Below are positions 14,240-27,124 of a stretch of 64,000 nt of DNA, in pieces (the stretch's first letter is position 1; every line of letters begins with the position of its first letter). This DNA is from the human T2T-CHM13v2.0 reference genome, Homo sapiens. The stretch spans positions 17,472,001-17,536,000 of the forward strand of contig CP068257.2 in the NCBI GenBank assembly GCA_009914755.4, given 5' to 3'. The notes under the pieces are model-generated. The model saw only the letters and a list, made by a program, of their open reading frames with translations. It was not told where the DNA came from and ran no database searches. The position numbers and the translations under genes were made by a program.

Positions 14240-14610
14240 AATGTACTAGCTTGCCAGGGATGGCCACAAAATACCACAGACTGGATGTCTTAAACATGAG
14301 AAATGTATTTTCTTATAGTTTTGGACGCTAGAATTCCAAGATCAAGGCATCCCCAGTTCAGTTTCTCTTGAGGCCTGTCTCCTTGATTTACAGAAGCTAT
14401 TTTGTCACTCTGTCTTGACACAGCCATTCTTCTCTATGTGTGCATGTCTGCTGTATCTTACACTTTATTATAAAGACTTCAGTCATATTGGATTAAGACC
14501 CCATCTTCATGACCTTGTTTTTATCTCCAAATATAGTTACTTTCTGAAATACTGAGATGTGGGACATCAATGTGTTAATTTTGTGGAAATATAATTCAGT
14601 TCATCCCAGT
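14240..14610 (-). mobile_element. ERVL-MaLR LTR, MLT1-type
   Basis: Reverse complement of the MLT1 consensus: ...aaaataccacagactgg.tg.cttaaacaa.agaaat.tattttct.a.agtt.tgga.gctagaa.tccaagatcaagg...agtcatattggattaag.ccca.c...tctccaaatatagt.ac.ttctga..tactg.g.t...acatcaat.tgttaatttt.tgg..a.ataattcagttcatccca. Confidence 0.7.
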
Positions 14611-14692
14611 GCGGTACACCATTATTGAGCCAAGGTTTCTGGGAGATAGATGTGCTACCTTCATGTTCTCTTGAACTTCTGATAATCATATA

Positions 14693-14719
14693 CACACACA
14701 CACACGCACACACACACAA
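14693..14719. repeat. (AC)n dinucleotide microsatellite, interrupted
   Basis: acacacacacacacgcacacacacacaa. Confidence 0.9.
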
Positions 14720-14962
14720 TTATGTGGTACAAGAGGAAAGAAACCTTGATTTCTGAATTACTGAATGGAGATCAGGCACCTGCTTTGAACTGATACATAA
14801 GCAAGAAAGAGAGGTTTAATATATTTGAGTCATTTACATATTTTGGTCCATTTGTTAAGTTACCTTAATCTATAATGAACATAATTTAAGCCTCATGAAT
14901 ATCACTCATGCACAAAATCAACTTTTACACTTAGTAACAGCAGATATAAAGAAGAATGTTCA

Positions 14963-15253
14963 GGCCGGGTGAGGTGTCTCAAGCCTGTAATCCCAGCAGT
15001 TTGGGAGGCCGAGGCAGGCAGATCACGAGGTCAGGAGTTCGAGACCGGCCTGACCACATTGTGAAACCCTGCCTCTACTACAAAAATTAGTCAGGCATGA
15101 TGGCATGCGCTTGTAATCCCAGCTACTCAGGAGGCTGAGGCAGGAGAATCACTTGAACCCAGGAGGCAGAGGTTGCACTGAGCCGAGATCATGCCACTGC
15201 CCTCCAGCCTGGGCGACAGAGTGAGACTCCATCTCAAAAAAAAAAAAAAAAAA
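14963..15253 (+). mobile_element. AluS, with an 18-nt poly(A) and a ~14-bp TSD
   Basis: ggccgggtgaggtg...ggatcacgaggtcaggagttcgagacc.gcctg.ccaacatggtgaaaccc... The flanks are aagaagaatgttca and aagaagactgttca. Confidence 0.95.
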
Positions 15254-15949
15254 GAAGACTGTTCAGAGCAATATTACTCATGAGGGGAAAAAAACTAGAA
15301 ACAGCCTAAATTCTCATCAATTTGAGAATGAATAAATAAATTGTTGATCATTAAAATGATGAAATATTGCACAGTACTAAAAATACCAAATATACATACT
15401 TCAATCACGATAAATTGTAGAAATGTAAAATTGAGAGAAAAATTTCACAGAAGGCTGCATACAATTTTCTACTGTTTTTATAAACATAAAATAAATAAAA
15501 CATATTTTAAGTACGCATATATATATTTATATGTCATAAAATGATAAAGAATCTTGAGGCCATGATAAAAACATCAGCTTGGCCACCTGCTCTTCAGAAG
15601 AGGGAGGAGGGTCGGCTCAGGAAATTGTATGGAGTGCTTATGTAGTATTGGTAATACTCTGTTTATTGTGTTTTGTAATGGGTTCTGTTTTATTCTTTCC
15701 AAGTTGCATATGTGAAATACATATATACAATATTTATTATAATATTATGTATTAAGCATTTTTATTTGAATAATTTTAAACATCTCCAAAATAATCATTT
15801 TGTCCCTTTTAAACATTGTAATAGTAAATTACAGTTGGCATGGCTATATTTGTTTAAGGTCTAATAAAATTTTTTTAAAAATCAAATTTGTCATTAACAG
15901 GTTACTCAGTAAGATATCATATAATTTTGAAAATAATTTGGCCGGCCAT

Positions 15950-16339
<390 letters not shown>

Positions 16340-17859
16340 TTAGGGTGGGATTCAAAAGTGGTAAGTAGTAAAAATAATTTTAGGTGAAAATAATATAAGT
16401 TGATAATTAAAAATACCATATCGTTGCACAGAGACTAGTTGTCTTTGCCAAGAACATCAGTTAACTATCAGATAAAGCTAAAATTCTTGTCCTTGTGATT
16501 TAGTGATTTTACAGGCAATGCTTATTGATTGAATAATAGTTAGCAGGTTAAATGTTTATTATTTCTGACTTTCTAATAATTATAAAATCAGTTGTATATG
16601 GTGCATAATACTGGAAGGGAAAGCCATAAATACTAAATAATATACATATCTAACTGGCATTTCTATCTCTACTTGAGGTAAAAAGTATTAACGTGTTCAA
16701 TAATATTTCTGTATTCCATTAAGAAATCATGATACATATGTACTTCTCCAAAGGATTAAAAATCAATTCCCGTGTAGAAAGGATCCTGTGATAATTGGGA
16801 TTGAATTGCAAAGAATATCCTTATGATTTTATCTTGAAAGATTTTTCTACAAGAGTAGTGGTGTGCACTTTTATTAGTTTAATTACCTTGAAATCTTAAA
16901 GACAGAAGAATTTTTAAAGTTAGTCAAAATATGGGAGTTAAATATATTCATTATTTTTCAATTCTTCTTAAGGAGGTATGAAGGACAATTCAGAAATAAA
17001 TATTTATAATGAGGATTGGCTTAAGAATGCTTGACCTCAGAAAAGCACTTCCATTATCCTTTAAGAAAAGTGTCTACATTTCAAGATTAGATACTCTGAT
17101 TAATTTAACATTTAATTTACAATATTGGGGAGTATATTTCCTAAGGAATTGATGAAAGAAGTTTCATTATTTCTTACAATTTTTTTATATTTTTGCATGT
17201 TTCTTAGTGTTTGTAGTCTCTAAAATGTACTCTTCAACATTGATATTTCTTGAACATTCTACCCTATTTTTCATCTATTTTTAATTTTCTCTGTTTTTCA
17301 TTAGATTCATTTTGCCTTACCCTCTTCATTTTATCTTCCTTCTCTAAAATGCTAAAATAAAGAAAGGGAGAAACAGCTTTGTTGGGGCCATCTCTGCTAT
17401 TTTATTTTCGATGGCAGGCATTATATCTTAGTGGAAATTGTGCAGTCTTTGATAAAACATACATCCGCTTACGGAATTGGATATGTTTTATACAAATTTC
17501 AACTTCAACTTCTTCATCTGTAAAACAGGGTAAATAATATCGAATTTGAGTTATTAAGGCAATAGAAAGAATATATTTAAAGCTCCTAGAACATATTCAA
17601 TATTCAGTTAGTGGTAGCTATTATTGATTATATTATTGGTCTTGGTATCACTAAGGAGTATAGGAGATAAAATATATTATTAAATGTAGAATTAGAAGTT
17701 AGAGGTAAAAAAATGAGTGATATTCAGCATTGAGAGATTTTTATAATTTGGTAGTGATAGTGATAGGAAGCAGAGAAATTCCTGGGCAGACAGGGACAGG
17801 TGCCTGGTGAAACTCAACCTTCAAGCCAAGGAGAGTCTAAAGTGTAACACAAAACTACC

Positions 17860-18330
17860 AATCCTGGATAGAGTCCGTGGACCAGGGTGGGAACTTCCAT
17901 TTCCATTTGGTGCAATCAGCCCCTCATTGGTTCTGGGCTAAGACTTCACTTCAGCTCTCTATTGATTCTTTACACTCTTGTACCTCTTTCTGAATGGTGC
18001 TTTTTCCAAGCCTACCCACAAACCAATCAGCATACATTTCCCCTTTCTAAGCCCATAAAAACCACCTCGCAGCCAACAACTGACTTTCAAGTTCCCTGTT
18101 GCTCCTGAGAGCTTTCTTTCTGTCACTCAATAAAATTCTCCTCTGCCTTACTCACTCTCCAGTGTCTGCACACCTCATTCCTCTTGGTCGTGAGACAAGA
18201 ACTCAGAACTTGCTGAAATGCAGAAGTGAAAGAGCAGTATCACTCCATCCTGCTGAACTACGGGAGTGAAGAAGCCACAGTAGGACTTTACTAGAAGTGA
18301 GGATTGGAGAACAGAATCTTTCCAAAAGGT
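17860..18330 (+). mobile_element. Probable ERV solo LTR, family not identified
   Basis: Has U3-R-U5-like features: ccaatcagc, cataaaaacc, tcactcaataaaattctcctctgcc (poly(A) signal), then ...tggtcgtgagacaagaac. Confidence 0.4.
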
Positions 18331-19395
18331 AAGATTACCAGTGTCTCATTCTTAGAGAAGTTTTTAAATGAAACTACCTGATCTTGAAGCAAGAACATAG
18401 ACTGAGTTGAACAACAGGGAAGATCAGTTGTGAAATCTCATACACTGCTGGGGCACCCAGACTCAATGCTGGTGCGCAGTGTCTGGTGATCATGAAGCAT
18501 ATGTGTTGGGTTAGAAGAGAAACTAGCAGTTGGAGTCATTGACTATTAATGTAATTTCTGTTTTCAGAAAGTATTTCAGAACTGAGTCAGTTTCAGAAGC
18601 CCATCATTAATCCAATCCGGGAAGAAGAGAACAGAAACATTAAAAGGAAGACCGGTTCTAACTTAAATCCATGAAACCATAACTAATTTCTTATTTCAAT
18701 TAAGATTTCTTAACAAAGGTTTTTGCATTTACATCTACCTGAATTTAATCTACATAAACTTCAAATTTCACCCTCCAACTGGTTGAAACATACATGTACT
18801 AAATTTAGTATTATCCTAAATAAGAACAAGTGTTTCTAAAGGCACAAGTTATTTATAGTGTATCCTTCTACCAACTACTCTGATAGAAAAGGAGATTGGA
18901 GGAGTTAATTATGTTTCATAAAAATAAAACATCCTAGTTCATAATATTTCACATGCATCTACAGGAGAGTGAGACCTGTCTTTGAGAATAGAAAAGATTA
19001 TGATATTATTTCCATAATTATTTTCTAAATAAACTAAAGCTAAGATATACAAATTTAGAGAATACAAATTTTGACAGCACTTTCAAATTTTAGAGACATA
19101 AAATTATACAGATATGTTTTGAGACGTAATTAAACATACTGTTAAATACAAATTATGATCACCATGTAAACATAAAAAGCACTAACAGAAATAATGCAAA
19201 AAATATAAAAATCTAGATACTAACATAATTTAGTAACTGAATGACCTTGAAAAGTAGAATAGTCATTAATTTAGACTAACTTGAATGATAGCTTTTTCTC
19301 CAATTACAAAGCCAATACATACACATTGAATAGAAAGATAGTAACAAAATTCAAAAGATATGCTGTTTTTTTCCTACTAATAGTTTTATTCCTAT

Positions 19396-19760
19396 ATTTT
19401 TAAATTTTATTTGCAATTTACAGTTGTGGATATATAATTGTTGTATGTACTTATGGGGTACATGTGACATTTTGATACAAGCATACCATGTGTAATGACC
19501 AAATTATGGTAACTGGGATATCTATCACCTCAAGCAGTTATTATTTCTTTGTGTTAGAAACATTCCAACTCCATTATTTTAGTTATTTTGAAAGACACAA
19601 TAAATTATTGTTAACTCTTAGTTTCCCTATTGTGCTACTGAACAGTGGGTCTTATCACTTTTAGCTGTATTTTTGTACCCATTAACGAACCCCTCTCTGC
19701 CTCCCCCCACAACAGTACCCGTCTAAGCCTCTGGTAACCATTATTCTACTCTTTGTCTCT
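19396..19760 (-). mobile_element. L1 3'-end fragment (L1MA/L1PB-like) in antisense orientation
   Basis: tatggggtacatgtgacattttgatacaagcataccatgtgtaat...ggtaactgggatatctatcacctcaagc...tgtacccattaac.aacccc...ccccacaacagtacccgtctaagcctctggtaaccattattctactctttgtctc is the typical antisense L1MA 3' terminus. Confidence 0.7.
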
Positions 19761-19789
19761 AAAAGTACAATTTTTTTAAAGTGTATGTT

Positions 19790-19863
19790 ACATGAAATAA
19801 GCCAGGCACAGATAGACAAATATTACATATTCTCTCTAATATACGGGAACCAAAAATTATTTG
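19790..19863 (+). mobile_element. Short sense-orientation L1 3'-UTR segment abutting the antisense copy, making an inverted junction
   Basis: catgaaataagccaggcacagatagacaaatattacatattctc...gggaaccaaaaattatttg corresponds to L1 sense gtgaaataagccaggcacagaaagacaaa...ctcacttat.tgtgggagctaaaaattaaaac. In L1 coordinates this lies immediately upstream of where the antisense piece ends. Confidence 0.5.
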
Positions 19864-22800
19864 TTTTTTAAGTTAACAGTGAAATATTTCAGAATGCAAA
19901 TAGGTTTTGAGGAAAGTATTACTATACCCCAAGTGCCTCTGTGAAGCTGAAGAAACAAATCTAACAAAAATGATTGAAGTCTTTTTTCTCCTCTCCCAAA
20001 TCTCTCTCCTTCTCCCACATAGTTAAACACTAAACAGAATTTGGTTTTCATTGTTTATGTGCCTTTTCTATACTTTTGCTGTGTAGTATTATATGGTTAT
20101 GCTAAAACTATTCTTTTGCAACCTATTTTTTATGCTTAACATTGTGTTTGAGATTTATCCAAGTCAACTTTTTTATTCTAGATTCTTTATTTCAACTGTT
20201 GTATCACATTTTATTTATATAAATATACTACAATTTATCTATGCAAATATTAATTTGAATCTCTTTTTATTTAAAATTTCAATTTAAAATGTTAATAGGA
20301 ATTCTTCACAAATAGCACTGTAATGGTTATTTAACATTTAACAACGTGAACATAATATAAGATGCCTAATGAGTCTCCATTATTAGATATTTGGGTTAAC
20401 GTACTCTCTCCACTTCTCCCAAGAATTTAGAATATTATATAGTGCATAATAGATGCTTAGTAAAAACATTTATTTTCAAAGAATAACTTTCTAGGTTTTC
20501 ATTGTTATAATTAATAATTCAAATAAATTATACGTTACTTTTCATGTGATTATCTGACAATTTTTATGCTATATTAGAGAGAAGGTTGTTGTAGGAAAAA
20601 ATATACAATTATGTAATTTTCTTTCCTGTTCTTACACTTTAGAGGTAGAATTTGGGAATTACATCAGCTCTGCTTAGCCCAAAACTTTGGAAAAGAGAAA
20701 TTGGCTGCTGACTGTTGGCCTACCTCATCCTTTAACAAATGCTTGATAAACAACCTTTGCTCAAAGGTGTCACTCTGTCACTCTGAAGAGCACGTGTAAG
20801 ATTAAATTTCCATTGGAAAAGATGAAAGCTCTTTGCCACATTTACAGTGGGCTCAGATCTTTCTATTTTAGCAGGAAAAAAAACAAGTGCCAAACTATGC
20901 TGACTTTTAAAAAATTAATCAAATGATGTTCAAATCTAATTTGTAAGAACACTTCCCTTCTCCCATGGGGCTTAATAAAAACACTTTTATTTTCTCCTAG
21001 GGTGGTGGGAGGGGTTGTTGTAAATAATTACTTTTATTTATCCTGAATTGATTCTTGTAAGGAATAAAAGTCACTTCCAAAGGAAAGAGTTAAGAGCCAT
21101 TATTGCCCAGATGAGCCCAACATCTTACAATGTGGACAATTTTCAAGCACGAATTACCAATGTGAATTTGCCTGGAGCAACCTGCATCTCTCTCTCTGCG
21201 GTCCCCACCCCTCATATTTATTTCTTACAATAAGTGAGAGCTGGCTGAGTGTAGCAGATATCTAGGCAAAGTAAGATAACTCAAATGAATAAAATGTTTG
21301 TCTATTGTCAGTGTTCTGTTAACCATTTTAACTAACTTTCATCCTAGCCTTTATCTTATTTGACCTTAGGACACTGTGACCTCATTGGATTCCTTCTCTA
21401 TTTTTTCATATATAAAAAGAATAAGTTGAATATTTTCTATACTTGATTATTACAATTCCATCTTTGTCAAGTAGACCTTGAAATGACCCCAGTAATTCCC
21501 AACTTCTGGTGTTCACTTCCTGCATTATCTTCTCCCTTTGAATGTTAATTGTTTCTCATCAATGAGATACGGTAAAGATGAAGAAATTTTGGAGATGTAA
21601 TTAAGATCCCAATTAAGTTGCTTTTGAGTTAATCAAAAGGGAGATTAATCTAGGTGGGTCTGGTTTTACTGATAAAAGAACTCAAAGCGAAAATGGATCA
21701 TCCCTGAAGTAAGAGTTTCTCTCCCTCTCTCTATCCCTTTCTCTCTCTCTCTATTGCTAGTTTTGAAGAAGCTTCCATGTTGTGAGAGAGCATATGGAGG
21801 GGGCCACGTGGCAAGGAACTGTAGTGGCCACTGAGTACTGAGAGTGCTGAGTGCTGAACATAGAACCTCAGGGCAACAGTTGCAAAGACATGAATTCCAC
21901 CAACAACATGAAGGCCTTGGAAATGGATTATTCTCTAGTCCAGGCTCTGATCACCACAGCCCCAGCCAACACCTGAATTTGAGCCTTGTGAGACCCTGGA
22001 GTAGAGAACTTAGCTAGGATATGCCTGACTTCTGCCCTACAGAAACAAAGACATAATAAATGTGTGCTATTTTAAGCTTCAAGTTTGTGATGATTTACTA
22101 CACAGTATAGAAAACTAATACAATATTACTTTTCTTTCTGCAACATATGTTTCCATTAGTCTAACTTCCATCTTGATTCAACAGATATTTTTTGAATTCT
22201 TATGCCAAGTGCTGTTAAGAATTTATCTCACAATCACATAGGTCAGTAAATAGCAGCGACCAGATGGGAGTTCAGGCCCTTTTAGTCATTGCTCAGTGAT
22301 CATTCCCTTACAATAAACATCTGTGGATGCACTAATCCAAATATCAAGTGTGTGATTGCCACAAATATTTGAGTTATAAGATGTTAGAAATGTTTAATAT
22401 ATATATGCAAAATTTGGAACTGTATTGATACTTATGGAATGTTATGCTAGGAAAAGAGGTTAAGTGAGCCATTCTTTTTGTAAATAGTCATCAATATTTA
22501 CAGAATACCTATGTTCAATTTTTGTTTTGCCTGAAGGTCAAAAAAGAAGTGAGGATCATATGGGAAATATACCTTCTTAAGAAAAAAGACTATGATCTCC
22601 ATTCACAAAACTACTAATATATCTATGAGCTCTGCTTCATAATATTTCTGGATTTTATAATTAAACTTTCCTATGAATTTTCTAGGTTATTTTTGTGAAT
22701 TTTCTGAGATATATTTCAAATTTTGACAGGGAAGCTTAAATAAGTTGGTTTTTCAGTCAAAATTATTATAATACAGCTAGAAAATAATTTGAACTATATT

Positions 22801-23550
22801 AATGGAGCTGCAATAAAATTAATTGAAAATTTTATGGACAATAAAAGCATAAGTGGAAATTTAAAACTAGATTTTGTTTTAATATAATAGCTTTTTAGAA
22901 ATCTATAATGTTATAATAAAATATTGTAAAATGAATGATTTGGACACAATTTCCTACTTGATAGGATCCAAAACTTGTGTGGAGTTGAATAAAAAAGTAC
23001 ATTATAGATTTCCTTTGCTTTAATTTCATTGAGAACTACATTGTAGACTGCAATAAAACAGAGGTCAGATTCAGAGAAAATTGCATTTTACTAGTGGTAG
23101 CAGCAAAAATATGAACCAGAATTTACTACAGTTTTATGAGTTTTTATTAATATCAGTGATAGCACTGAGAAACAATGATACTAATTGAATTACTTATTTT
23201 TGCTATACTTGAAGTTTTATAATAAATGAGATTATTCCAGGAGTTTAAGTTTTTATTTATTTCGCTGAAGATACTAAAATCTGTTTCATTAATTAATAAA
23301 TTAGCCTATATGTTCTGTTATTAATGATGTTGGTAGCTGAAATATTTTGTTTATTAATGGATATATCTTTTATAATGACTTCTGCAAAACAAAGCAAATG
23401 CATCGCTTATGTTCCATTTTCACCATGTAGATTGCATTGTAATTTAATATCAGCATTGCTATAAAAACTTAATTGGTCACAAGACCTGAGTAAACTGGAA
23501 AATAATGGCATTTTCACCAGGATGTTTTTGAGACTGTTCTAATATAGTGA

Positions 23551-23896
<346 letters not shown>

Positions 23897-24335
23897 AGTC
23901 AGTAGTTTTCTTTAAAATGCCTTTGCTGAATGACTTTATAAATGGAGTGAACTAGGTTTCAACAACTTTTGTTTCTCTAACAGCATGTAATGTTTTATCA
24001 TTATCATGTTGTAGTTGATGTTTTTGGGATAAAAATTCCACATATTTTTAGAATTAAGTGTATGTATCTTAAATCTTGTAATTATTTTGAGAATAGGAGA
24101 CAAAAAAATTGAAGAAATTCTATCACTAATAATAGTGAGCAAAACTGGTAAGCTTATACAAAGAAGATCATTTGTTATGCAATAGACAATTTTTTATTTT
24201 TTTTTAGTTGCTTGCTATTTTTTTCCCATCTGTAAGCCTTCTTGAGGTCAGAAGGATAGTTTATTGCTCTTTATCTTTTTGGCAATTAGGGAACTATCTG
24301 ACTTGAATTTTGATTAGAATTGAACCAGGTTTTCT

Positions 24336-24590
24336 GTTTTTGTTTTATAGGAGACAAGTTCTTGCTCTATTGCCCAGGCTGGAGTACAGTGGTATGATCA
24401 TAGTTCACTGTAACCCTAAACCCTAAAAATTTTTAAATTTTTAAAATGCATGGCTAAGTTTCTAATTTTTTGTACAGATGAGGTCCTGCTATTTGTCCCA
24501 GGCTTGCCTTTAACTCTTTGTCTCAAGTAATCCTCCCACCTAGGCCACCCAAAGTGCTGGGAATATAGGTCTGAGCCATTGCTCCCAGCC
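24336..24590 (-). mobile_element. Old Alu (AluJ-like), heavily diverged
   Basis: gagacaagttcttgctctattgcccaggctggagtacagtgg...cctcccacctaggccacccaaagtgctgggaatataggtctgagccattgctcccagcc. Confidence 0.8.
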
Positions 24591-27124
24591 TAAACTGGGT
24601 TGTTAATAAAATTCCTGAAAAAAAATGAATCAAATTTTCATCAGGACAGTGAAATTAACATATTTATCATAATCTTTGCCAAATTAAAAATAATAGGACT
24701 TATATTGGGGGCCAAGGTCATCTACTTTATAGTGCTTGAGTATTTTTTGTGCTTATGGCCTCTCTATATATGGAGGAAGCATATTTTCTTAAATTTATTA
24801 AGTTCTTCTCTATGGTACATAACAATCTTCATTATTCTAAAGTTTTATTTTTCTGAATCCTAAAAGATTGAGTCTCCTAAACAAATCATTAACTATTTGC
24901 ATATTTACCCAACCAAGGCGATCTGAGCTGCCAGCTCAGTAGTAACATATTCTCTAGGCTCCAGTGAGCGGGATCCAATGGTAATGGCAGAGTAATCTAA
25001 ATTTCAGATTTGGCATACGAGATACATACATTAACCCTTCAAATAACTGCCAAAGTAATAGGCAAAACTATGACCTATGCCAGCCTCTACCACTTCTAAA
25101 ATGGTATGACAAAACCATACCTACCCAAGTGTTTTATGAAAAATAAAATAAGACACTGGTCACAACATTATAAGAAATTTAAACTGCATTGTTTAACTTA
25201 ATAATATTTTATTATGATGATGCAGATTAGCAATGAATGTAATACGCATATAAGCAATTAAGAATCAGTTATAGAGTTAACAATTATGTGATTATGATGT
25301 TAACCTATATCAATTAGCTAGTCCATTTAAAAACATATTTGCAGATTTTCATATATTTTACTTAACCTTAAAAGTCATGGTTAGAGATAATTTCCCCAAA
25401 TTATTGAATTATCTAATCAATGTGATATTCTCCAATATTTGGTAGATAAAACACTACTGGTGGTCTTCAGGGTTTAGCTATCTTATTCTTGCCTAGAATT
25501 TTAAAGATATAATTAGTCATATAAATAAAATGTTTTGATTTTCTTTTGTATACATAAGCAGTGACTGTAGGATATCAAAAGCAGGTATGTAAAAGCAATT
25601 GTTAATATTTCCTAATATTATGGATATTGATTATAATGTCACCACTACAGGGTTTTACTTCATTGGAAATTAATAGATTGTGAAATATAAAGATTACTTA
25701 TCATTCTGAATTCAGTGTGCATCAGAATGACTGTTTTAGTAAGACATTCTTTTAAAATAAATCAGGAGGTGAATCTTTTGGTGATGTTGAAGAAAAATTA
25801 TTTAATTATACTTGTTAAAGCACAGAAAGGAAGACTTTATTCAGGACCATCATGATGTAGGCACCATTGCAATGGGATTTTGCGGTTGGGGAGAGACTGG
25901 GCTCAACTCTGAATACAGCATGAGAAAATGAGAATTTATAGCCAAGGAGCAGGGTGGGGATCAGTGGATAGAAAGTTACTAAGAGGAAACATCAGGGGTA
26001 AGATGGAATGTAACTAAACCGACCTAACAGTATTTTTGCTGAAGACAGGCCAGAACAATCAGATATCAGCTGGGGAATTGAAGAGAATGAGGAACCCAGT
26101 CAGATCATGAGGGTGATCAGATATTAAAGGTGAGGGCTGATGCTTGTTAAACTGACTTGTAATTTTGCTAAAACAAGATTTTACAAGAAAGTGCATAGAT
26201 GGTGCTAAGAGATGGTTCTGCAGCATGACTAATGTTTGGTCACGCAGAGTCTTTGTAGTGGCAAATTCTCAGAGAAATATTTTTAGCGGTACTGTTATTT
26301 GAAAAGGGTGATGGCTAAAAGGCTTGTTGGATGAGGCAATTTTCAGTGGTCCTTGAGCATCCCAGCAGTAACTGTGCAGTAACTGTGTTACACTGCAAGG
26401 TTTGTCTGTCTCCTGAAACTGACCAGTCTCTGCATTTAGTCACATAGGTGATGAAGTATTCAAAGCGACCGAAGTATAAATACCTTATAATTGCTCCTCC
26501 CTTCGTACTGGCTTGCTTGTTGCTTGTGAAAATATTTGTTGCTTGCTATGATGCTTGGTCCTTGCGTAAAAAGTGCTAGGCCTTGGAACTGCATTTCTCA
26601 CCTGCAGCACAGCCCACTGTATGCCTAATATCCATCTGGGCTGGTGGTATCTCCTTGGAGACATGGAGGTAAGGTCTTTGCTTATGCTCCTGATGTACAC
26701 AGTTCTTTGAATAATAAACTATCTGGCCCTGGTCCATTGAGTTTCATTGTCCACTTTCCACGGAATAACCATGCTTTTATAGCAAGCCAACCTGCTTTCA
26801 TGCCTAGTTACATGTTTTGTAGTTTTGTTGTGCTTTGGTATCTTCCAGAAGATTGGGGTCCTTCCTTGACAACTCTTCTGGATATTTTTTCTCTTCTGCG
26901 AACAATTCATTTTTTTACTATCTTTAAATCTTAATTACTATTTAGTAATTAAATGTAATTATCTTGCATCAGATATGTTCCATTTCAAAATTAATTTTAG
27001 AAAAAATATTTACCACAAACTGGTGAAAATTTGGCTTGTTATCCCTGTTAACATTGATTTTTACATTTAATTTAATTTACTTTTTAAATTTTTTTTCCTT
27101 TTTAACTTTTATTTTAGAATCATG

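Noticed and set aside
24414-24427. Telomere-like ccctaaaccctaaa motif
   Set aside because: Only two units are present, embedded in a diverged AluJ. It is a chance occurrence and not an interstitial telomeric repeat.
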